IMG/VR virus record: IMGVR_UViG_3300037423_001503
Source of the DNA: a virus
Length of the DNA: 64,000 nucleotides
Reading direction: 5' to 3' (one strand)
Shown here: in pieces, positions 57,793-64,000 of the stretch
How the letters are laid out: the number at the start of each line of letters is the position of its first letter
How positions within the stretch are numbered: the stretch's first letter is position 1
Translations under genes and position numbers: made by a program
The notes under the pieces: generated by a model
What the model saw: the letters and a program-made list of their open reading frames with translations, nothing else
Databases searched by the model: none
What the model was told of the DNA's origin: nothing

Positions 57793-57829
57793 GTAATAGA
57801 AGAATACAGAAACGAGAGGCAATAAATGA

Positions 57830-57854
57830 AGAAGGCCGCCAAGTGGCGGCCTTC
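57830..57854 (-). terminator. Terminator after the tail tube gene
   Basis: GAAGGCCGCC-N4-GGCGGCCTTC-TTCATTT. Confidence 0.7.
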
Positions 57855-57883
57855 AGGTCCAGGCGGTAGCGAAGCGCCTAGGC

Positions 57884-58852
57884 TTAGTAGCTAGCGGTCT
57901 GGTTCTTCAGTGTCGCCGTTAGCAGGTCGGTAACGCCGGTGGCCTTCTGGGCGACGGCGCGAACCGAGGAAATGATCGGACCACCAGACGGATCTGGCTC
58001 AGCCGGGAACTCCTCGTATGCGATCGACGGGAAGTCGAAGGCGATCTCGTTATTGGCGTCGATGGTGAACGTGAAGTTCGCGGCCGTGGTGAAGATGTTC
58101 GGCTGAACGGAGGTGCCGGCAGCGCCGCCGTAGTAGAACTTGTTGTACTCCTGTAGGTCCTGGAAGAGCAGGTCGAACGAAAGGCTGATCTCGCGCTGGC
58201 CGGCAGCGATGTCGTACGGAACGATGTCGTCGGTCTGCTGACGCTCTAGGTTGTTCTCAACAGTAACGCTGAACGAACGAATCAGGCGAGTCGAAGATCC
58301 GCCGAGCGTGATGGCCGCGTTGTTGAAGTTGAACGGAACGTCGGAGTCCAGCGTGACCGAACCCAGCGGGTCGCTCGTCAGGCGCGTCGGGATCAGACCC
58401 TGAACGCCAATCGTGGCGGTCAGCGGCTGACCGGCTTCAGCGGCGATCGTGATCGATCCTGCCTGGCAGTCCTGGAAGCGCTCGAACAGCGCGCCTGCGC
58501 CGCCGATGTTGCGCCACAGGGTGTACCAAGGCAGCGACTGGCCCGGCTTGATCACGTGGGTGTAGTTGGTGGTTCCCGACGAGGCGATGCTGCCTAGTGC
58601 GCCGTAGAGCCAGAAGCCTAGCGACTCAGGGCGAACGTAGAGTTCAGGCGAGCCTTCGACGCCAGAGGTGGTGAGGTAGGCCGCGGCCTGGTCGCGAGAC
58701 GAGTCGGTCTCAGCGAGACGATCGGTCTGAAGAACCGGAGCGATGTTGCCGCCGGAGAATGCGTTGGCGAACGCAGGCGCTGACGCTACAGTGCCCTTAG
58801 CGCTCTGCTTTGCTCCTGCGATCCATGCGGACTTACCAGAAAATCCTGCCAT
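57884..58852 (-). CDS. Major tail (tube) protein
   Basis: 322 aa; YTHVI...PWYTL...FSVTVENNL...GQREIS; gene position. Confidence 0.85.
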   Translation of the reverse strand: MAGFSGKSAWIAGAKQSAKGTVASAPAFANAFSGGNIAPVLQTDRLAETDSSRDQAAAYLTTSGVEGSPELYVRPESLGFWLYGALGSIASSGTTNYTHVIKPGQSLPWYTLWRNIGGAGALFERFQDCQAGSITIAAEAGQPLTATIGVQGLIPTRLTSDPLGSVTLDSDVPFNFNNAAITLGGSSTRLIRSFSVTVENNLERQQTDDIVPYDIAAGQREISLSFDLLFQDLQEYNKFYYGGAAGTSVQPNIFTTAANFTFTIDANNEIAFDFPSIAYEEFPAEPDPSGGPIISSVRAVAQKATGVTDLLTATLKNQTASY

Positions 58853-58855
58853 TGG

Positions 58856-59101
58856 TTACTCCTTCCAGTCCGCTGCTGGGGTCTTAGGGTCGTCTACCGG
58901 ATCAGAGGTCGGTGCAGGCGGCGCTACTGGAGCGTCGTCTTCAACAACAGTGAAGAGATCCGAGTATGAGTTCTTGATGGCCTCGACGACCTCGCGGTCG
59001 TCAGTCACGTACGGCGATGCGTCGACCGTGAACGAAACCGATCCGATCGAAACGTTGATAGCACCGCTAGGCGCGCCGGCAGCCTTTGAGATCTTCGCCA
59101 T
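58856..59101 (-). CDS. Small virion-associated hypothetical protein
   Basis: Leaderless start; precedes the tube gene. Confidence 0.6.
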   Translation of the reverse strand: MAKISKAAGAPSGAINVSIGSVSFTVDASPYVTDDREVVEAIKNSYSDLFTVVEDDAPVAPPAPTSDPVDDPKTPAADWKE

Positions 59102-59139
59102 GATCACAAAAGATACCCGACGGCTCGCCAGAAACCTTA

Positions 59140-59592
59140 TTAGCCAGTCGTCTCCACCAGTGCAGAATTGTTGCCGCGTGACTGGACCGTCATCTCAAAA
59201 CGAGACTTGTTGCCGGTCGCGTCATTGGTGTAGCGAGTCATGGTCACATCGAAATACCAGACGCCGGCAGCGCCAGTGATGCGAGCCTTAGCCAGCGCGC
59301 GTCTCAGGCGCTCGGCCTTATTGGCGATGACGCGGGGATCGACAATCTGCTGCGGGTCGATGTCAGCCTTGTAGGGGTCGAAGAACTGGATCGTGACCTG
59401 CCCGACAAGCTCGATGCCGCGGGTCTCTTCGACGTCTGGGTAGATGCCGACGTAGTTACGTCCGTCAGCGCCCAGTGAGGCGTGAAGGCGATCGTGGCGG
59501 ATCGTCAAGAACGGAAGATCGCTGAACTCTGTCTCGATGACTACTTCGAGTGCGTTAGCGAGAATCGTGTATGGGTCAGTTACAACTGTCAT
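59140..59592 (-). CDS. Putative tail terminator
   Basis: Synteny and size. Confidence 0.6.
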   Translation of the reverse strand: MTVVTDPYTILANALEVVIETEFSDLPFLTIRHDRLHASLGADGRNYVGIYPDVEETRGIELVGQVTIQFFDPYKADIDPQQIVDPRVIANKAERLRRALAKARITGAAGVWYFDVTMTRYTNDATGNKSRFEMTVQSRGNNSALVETTG

Positions 59593-60098
59593 CAGCCCGG
59601 ATACTCCTCCTTGGCGATCTGCATCATTCGGTGGCGCGCTACCTGGTCATACGAAGGCCGTAGGAAGGGCTGTGCGCGCGTTCCCGGGTGACGAACCCAC
59701 GCGCCGCTTTCATCCCAGTTCTCATAGCCCTTACCGCTACCGACGGGACCGAAGTGCGGGTTGTTCCACACGAACTCGCCGCCCCTCCAGAAGAAGTGCA
59801 GCTTTCCCTTGATGATGTGTGGGCTGGTGCCTAGTTCAACATATAGCGCGTGCTGAGAGATAGAGTACCAGTATCCGCGCGTCCCCTCGGCGGAGCTACG
59901 CATTGAGGCCTTGAGTGGAATATCGCCGGGCTTGCGGCCGCTGGCCTTTCCGACCGGAGCTAGGGCGCGAGCAGCCTCTTCGCCTTCCTTGACCGTGCGT
60001 GCGACTGTCGCGACGGCTGCCTCATCGCAGCGAGCAGCAAAGCGACCAAAGTTGTCGCGTGCAATCACAACCCTCGACTTGGCTGTGATCTCACCCAC
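59592..60098 (-). CDS. HK97 gp10-like tail completion protein
   Basis: ARALAPV...YVELGT.PH.I...VRHPGTRAQPFLRP. Confidence 0.85.
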   Translation of the reverse strand: MGEITAKSRVVIARDNFGRFAARCDEAAVATVARTVKEGEEAARALAPVGKASGRKPGDIPLKASMRSSAEGTRGYWYSISQHALYVELGTSPHIIKGKLHFFWRGGEFVWNNPHFGPVGSGKGYENWDESGAWVRHPGTRAQPFLRPSYDQVARHRMMQIAKEEYPG

Positions 60099-60101
60099 AG
60101 C

Positions 60102-60755
60102 TTAGACGCGAGGAACGATGTAGTTCTGGAGGATGGCCTGAGCGCGAAGCGGTAGCGGCTCTTCGAGATCGGACGCGCCTCGTGTGCGCGAGTAGTTCTC
60201 GATCGATTCCTGAGTATATGGTCGGTTGCCCTCAGACATCGCCTCGGCGGTGATGATCGTTGCCTGCTTGACATCGTCGGGAATCGCCGGCCAGCCCCAC
60301 GAGGCCGTAACGATGACGATGTTGGGCCGCGAAGGAAGCTTGTAGGCCAACGTGTCCAGGTTGTACGTGAATCCCATCTCTGGGCTGCCAACACCGTAGG
60401 CGTTCGGTGCCAGCCTCAGCCACTGACGTACAGGACCGTTCAACGGATACGCTGACCACTCATTCACGGTCAGCGATGTTGTGGTCGTGGTGTCGCCGAT
60501 GTAGCCCGATTGAACAGCGACGGCGGTTACTTCCTGACACTCATCGATATCAAGGAATCCGCAACCATCGTACTCGTAGCTGCGGTCCTCTGCGAAGGCG
60601 TACTCGTCGGTGACGAGGAACTCAAGACCGGTGTAGTTCCTGACCAGCGCCGACGCCGAGGCGATGTGCCACGAGAGCTTACCGTCGCTTGGGTCGGTCT
60701 GGATCGGCAACCCTAGCGCTGTCTTGAACTCAGTGAGAGTAATCAAATCGGCCAT
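60102..60755 (-). CDS. Head-tail adaptor
   Basis: LITLTEFK...VRNYTG...WGWPAIPDDVKQA...ESIENYS. Confidence 0.85.
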   Translation of the reverse strand: MADLITLTEFKTALGLPIQTDPSDGKLSWHIASASALVRNYTGLEFLVTDEYAFAEDRSYEYDGCGFLDIDECQEVTAVAVQSGYIGDTTTTTSLTVNEWSAYPLNGPVRQWLRLAPNAYGVGSPEMGFTYNLDTLAYKLPSRPNIVIVTASWGWPAIPDDVKQATIITAEAMSEGNRPYTQESIENYSRTRGASDLEEPLPLRAQAILQNYIVPRV

Positions 60756-60787
60756 AAGGTAAGGCTACTCCTCGTGCGGACACGAAA

Positions 60788-60812
60788 AGGGCCGCCCCGA
60801 GAGGCGGCCCTG
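60788..60812 (-). terminator. Terminator after the capsid unit
   Basis: AGGGCCGCC-N6-GGCGGCCCT-TTT. Confidence 0.7.
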
Positions 60813-60835
60813 TGGAATTTCGATTCGCTCCGAAC

Positions 60836-61174
60836 CTACGAGAGGTCTGGAACGTGCTCCTCTCCGGACTCCGCACCGACAGCGCGGACGTGGTCCGAGT
60901 CGCTGCCGTCGCCGGCCTCGGAAGAGACAGGGATCGGAGCGGCAGTGGTGCCGAACTTGGCCTCGACGACGCCGGTTGCGAGAGCCTCGCCGAGCGGTAC
61001 GGCGATGCGGTCGCGCCTTGCGTCTGCGTCCTCAGGAATCTGAACCGCCAGCGGCGAGTTCGGATCGAGGATTACCTCGTCTGCGCGGAAGGAGGTCTCG
61101 TGGACGTGCAGTTCTCCGCCGCCCTGAGCCTCGCGAACCTCGCGGACTACTGTGTATCGGTCTTCAGTTGCCAT
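60836..61174 (-). CDS. Acidic hypothetical protein after the MCP
   Basis: AGGAG SD. Confidence 0.6.
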   Translation of the reverse strand: MATEDRYTVVREVREAQGGGELHVHETSFRADEVILDPNSPLAVQIPEDADARRDRIAVPLGEALATGVVEAKFGTTAAPIPVSSEAGDGSDSDHVRAVGAESGEEHVPDLS

Positions 61175-61193
61175 TCTCAAGTACTCCTACGGC

Positions 61194-62504
61194 TTAGCCG
61201 TTGACGAGGCCGACGCCGCCGATGACGTTGAAGGCCACCGGTGCGCGGGCGGCGGTGAAGCCGACACGCTGCTCAGCGCGGAAGATCGTCTGGTTGCTGG
61301 TGAAGAGGACGTGCGGCGACTCGTCGACCGTGATGCCCTGGCGGTCGAGGATCAGAGCCTCGGAGAAGTCTCCGACGATGACGCGCGACTCGTTCGTGCC
61401 CGTACCGAGGTTGGTCGGGATGCGGTTGCTGGTGACGACCTTGAAGCCGAACAGTGACTTGTTGGCTGCGCGCCCCTGCTGGACCGAGTCCGGACCGACG
61501 AGGTACAGACCGGCTGCGTCCTTAGCCTTCAGGATGCGCGTCCAGGTGCGTGGGTGCATGACGATCGCGTTAGGCTCGCCGTGGTTGTTCTGGACGTCAG
61601 CGATGGCGTCCAGGATCGCGTCGAGCAGTCCGCCGTCGTCGGTGACGGTCGTGTTGGTCAGCGTGGTAGCGCCGAGACCAGGCGTGTTGAGCAGGCCGAG
61701 AGGCTGGCCTGAGCCGGAACCGTTGAGGAATGCTGTCTCCTCAAGGGCGACGAGGCGCTTTGCCAGGTCGGCGGTGACCAGACGGTCGACGGCCGGGTTC
61801 GAGTCAGCGAGTAGCTGGTTCGAGATCGTGGCCAGGCCGGCTGCGGTGAAGACCGAAGCCGAGACCGTGGTCTTGCTCATGCTGGTCGACTCAGGCTTGG
61901 TCGCAAGCTCCGCGACCCATCCAGCCGACGTACCCAGCGTTAGCTGATCAAGCTGTAGCTCGTTCGTGGTGATGTTGAGCTTCGAGCAGAGTGCGCGGAG
62001 TACGTTGTCCGACTCGCGTACCTCTACGATCTGGCGCTCGATCTGCTTCTCGACGAGGTAGCCGCCCTGGTTGGACGTACCCTCGGTCATCGCCTTTCCG
62101 CCAGCGGCGGCCATGAGGCGCTCGCGCGCCGCGCCGTCACCCTTGGAGGCGATGCGGATGTCGTTGAAGAAGGAATACTCGCCCGAGTCGTAAGGTGTCT
62201 CCTCGTCGGAGACTGCCTTGCCGTCAGTGCGGCCGATAGCGAACGGGCCGATCGGCTTCTTGAGATCCTCGATGACCTCGTCGAGGGTCGTGACCTTGGC
62301 GCGGAGCGCCTTGACCTCTTCCTCGCGCTCACGCTCGGCGCGCTCGGCCTTCAAGCGCTCGATCTCCGGCGTGATCTCGGTCTGGACCTGCTCGATGAAG
62401 GACTTGACGTCTTCTGCTGGTGCGCCGCTCTCAGCCTTGGAGAGAAGCTCGCTTGCACGGCTCTCTAGGGCCTCAATCTTGGCAACGATTTCCTGAAGTT
62501 CCAT
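61194..62504 (-). CDS. HK97-fold major capsid protein with an N-terminal coiled-coil (delta) domain
   Basis: GGYLV, WVAE, ISNQLLADS, AFLNGSGSGQPLGL, GDFS, FRAEQR. Confidence 0.95.
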   Translation of the reverse strand: MELQEIVAKIEALESRASELLSKAESGAPAEDVKSFIEQVQTEITPEIERLKAERAEREREEEVKALRAKVTTLDEVIEDLKKPIGPFAIGRTDGKAVSDEETPYDSGEYSFFNDIRIASKGDGAARERLMAAAGGKAMTEGTSNQGGYLVEKQIERQIVEVRESDNVLRALCSKLNITTNELQLDQLTLGTSAGWVAELATKPESTSMSKTTVSASVFTAAGLATISNQLLADSNPAVDRLVTADLAKRLVALEETAFLNGSGSGQPLGLLNTPGLGATTLTNTTVTDDGGLLDAILDAIADVQNNHGEPNAIVMHPRTWTRILKAKDAAGLYLVGPDSVQQGRAANKSLFGFKVVTSNRIPTNLGTGTNESRVIVGDFSEALILDRQGITVDESPHVLFTSNQTIFRAEQRVGFTAARAPVAFNVIGGVGLVNG

Positions 62505-62604
62505 AACTAGTGATAAATCCTAGAGGGCCGTCCGACATTCAGTGACGTCGGTGATTGGTTCGACTTCACAAAACGTACAGAACGCTCTGACAAATCGAGT
62601 ACCA

Positions 62605-63567
62605 CTAGTAGACATGGACACCGTCAGCACCCTCAGTGTTGTCCTGAACTTCCTTGAGGCCTACGTGTTCGATGACCTGGCCGAGCTTTCCGACAAGCGC
62701 GTCAACGCGCGCAGCGACCTCCTCGGGAGACATACCAACCGTCTCCTTGAGTTCGCTGAATCGTGAACGGAGTTCATCAGATAGGTGCTCTGTGTTGATC
62801 GAGCCGTTGGCGATGTGCTCGGCTGTGATCGACCCTGGTTCTACCGCGGGCACGACTGGCTCGTCTTCAGCGTCGGGCTCGTCGGCCTCTGGCTCAGCGA
62901 CTTCAGGCTCGTCAGGTGCCGGTGTTTCCGTCTCCGGAGCTTCCTCTACCTCCGGCTCGACGACCGGATCATCGACGACCTCGACGGCCGGAACATCCTC
63001 ATCCTCGGCCTTACCCTCAAGCGCAGGAGCAGTCTCGAAGGCCTTACCCGCAACTACCGCAAAGGTCGTGCGAGGATTGACCGGGAACGGCGTGACGCTG
63101 ATCTCACCGAGGTCGACGTCGTAGATTCGCGGTCCGGCCTTAGTCATACGGCGCTTGAAGATGCCGCCAACTGAGAACGCCTTGATGGTGCCGCGCTTGA
63201 TCTTGTTGAAGATGTCCTCGGCCCACGAGCCGGCGGCCGGACGGTCAACGCGGCCTCGCACCCACAGCCCGTGCTCGTCCACCTTGGCGTCGGTGAACAC
63301 ACCTAGCGCCTTGTCGTACTGGTGGTGGTAGAGCATGATTGGGTTGATCGCGAGGAAGCTCTTCAGGCCACGCTCGAACGAGCCTGGCTCGAATGCCTCT
63401 TCCTGTCGGTCAATTCCCCAGTCGGAGGCGTAGCCCTCGATCCATAGGTCACCGTTCTCATCCTCGGTGACCTCGTAGGCCTTCTGGTCGAGGAAGAAGT
63501 CGTAGCGGAACTCCGCCTGCTGCGTTCCGTCTGTCTGAGTGGTGACTGCCTTAGTGCCGAATGACAT
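62605..63567 (-). CDS. HK97 prohead protease with an acidic C-terminal extension
   Basis: IEGYAS, MLYHH, GLWVRG, AFSVGG, EISVTPFPVNP. Confidence 0.92.
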   Translation of the reverse strand: MSFGTKAVTTQTDGTQQAEFRYDFFLDQKAYEVTEDENGDLWIEGYASDWGIDRQEEAFEPGSFERGLKSFLAINPIMLYHHQYDKALGVFTDAKVDEHGLWVRGRVDRPAAGSWAEDIFNKIKRGTIKAFSVGGIFKRRMTKAGPRIYDVDLGEISVTPFPVNPRTTFAVVAGKAFETAPALEGKAEDEDVPAVEVVDDPVVEPEVEEAPETETPAPDEPEVAEPEADEPDAEDEPVVPAVEPGSITAEHIANGSINTEHLSDELRSRFSELKETVGMSPEEVAARVDALVGKLGQVIEHVGLKEVQDNTEGADGVHVY

Positions 63568-63604
63568 AGGGAAAATCGTACGTATCGGCTCGCCAGAAAC
63601 ACGA

Positions 63605-63629
63605 AGGGCCAGGTCGACGACCTGGCCCT
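63605..63629 (-). terminator. Hairpin terminator
   Basis: AGGGCCAGGTCG...CGACCTGGCCCT inverted repeat. Confidence 0.6.
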
Positions 63630-63654
63630 AAAGAAGCTATGTAGTAGTAGTCGA

Positions 63655-63861
63655 CTACTTGTAGTCGGCTACGGTGTCCTTGTAGACACGCTTACCGGTC
63701 CCGCGGCCGGCGGTTCCGGACTTACCAGCGACGTGGTAGTCGGGTGCCTTCTGATTCGCGAGGTTGGTGAAGGTCTTGGCCGGCTTCGAAGCGTTGTTGC
63801 CCTGGGCTGGGCGTGCGACGGAGCGAGCGCGATTAGCGGTGGGCATAGTCTTTCGAGCCAT
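63655..63861 (-). CDS. Small basic protein
   Basis: Leaderless ATG 63861 behind a late-type promoter. Confidence 0.6.
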   Translation of the reverse strand: MARKTMPTANRARSVARPAQGNNASKPAKTFTNLANQKAPDYHVAGKSGTAGRGTGKRVYKDTVADYK

Positions 63862-63886
63862 GCTGGTTATATTAGACCCCACAACG

Positions 63887-63914
63887 ACAAGAGCCGCCCT
63901 CGGGCGGCTCTTGT
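63887..63914. terminator. Hairpin terminator
   Basis: ACAAGAGCCGCCC-TC-GGGCGGCTCTTGT. Confidence 0.65.
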
Positions 63915-64000
63915 GACCAACGAACTACTTGAGTTTATCAGATTTCGCACGCGCCTGCTACGCAAGCAAGCTCCTGAGAGCCCTCGGTCATGTCGTCAGA

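Noticed and set aside
1-64000. CRISPR array, integrase/att site, reverse transcriptase/DGR, Ro60, alternative genetic code
   Set aside because: No spaced direct repeats or diagnostic motifs were seen; long genes are intact in the standard code and TAG is used as a normal stop

Overview
This 64 kb window is part of a high-GC tailed dsDNA phage genome with an HK97-type head and a long tape measure (siphovirus-like); the host is probably actinobacterial. The + strand (1-40.15 kb) carries many small accessory genes, replication genes (SNF2 helicase, SSB-like protein, AEP primase, AAA_25 helicase, dNMP kinase, PolA, RuvC-like resolvase), NAD/nucleotide enzymes (PncA, nicotinate PRTase, NadR-like kinase, HD hydrolase, two MazG-like proteins), both terminase subunits, Thg1 and a GGQ peptidyl-tRNA hydrolase. 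The - strand (64-40.24 kb) carries the protease, capsid, connector, tail and lysis genes, then a separately promoted unit with two candidate structured RNAs, RtcB and an RlaP-like nucleotidyltransferase. The two arms converge on a terminator near 40.2 kb. Main points of interest: (1) a promoter-defined ~125-nt tRNA-like RNA and a ~170-nt structured RNA directly upstream of rtcB, within a wider RNA-repair/ribosome-rescue gene set; (2) a deamidating NAD salvage route (PncA+PncB); (3) a recurring TGNC-N11-TANNNT promoter in front of late genes; (4) a +1 tail-chaperone frameshift. No portal, integrase, CRISPR array, rRNA or canonical tRNA was seen. All calls come from reading motifs and base pairing by eye; no searches or folding programs were run.
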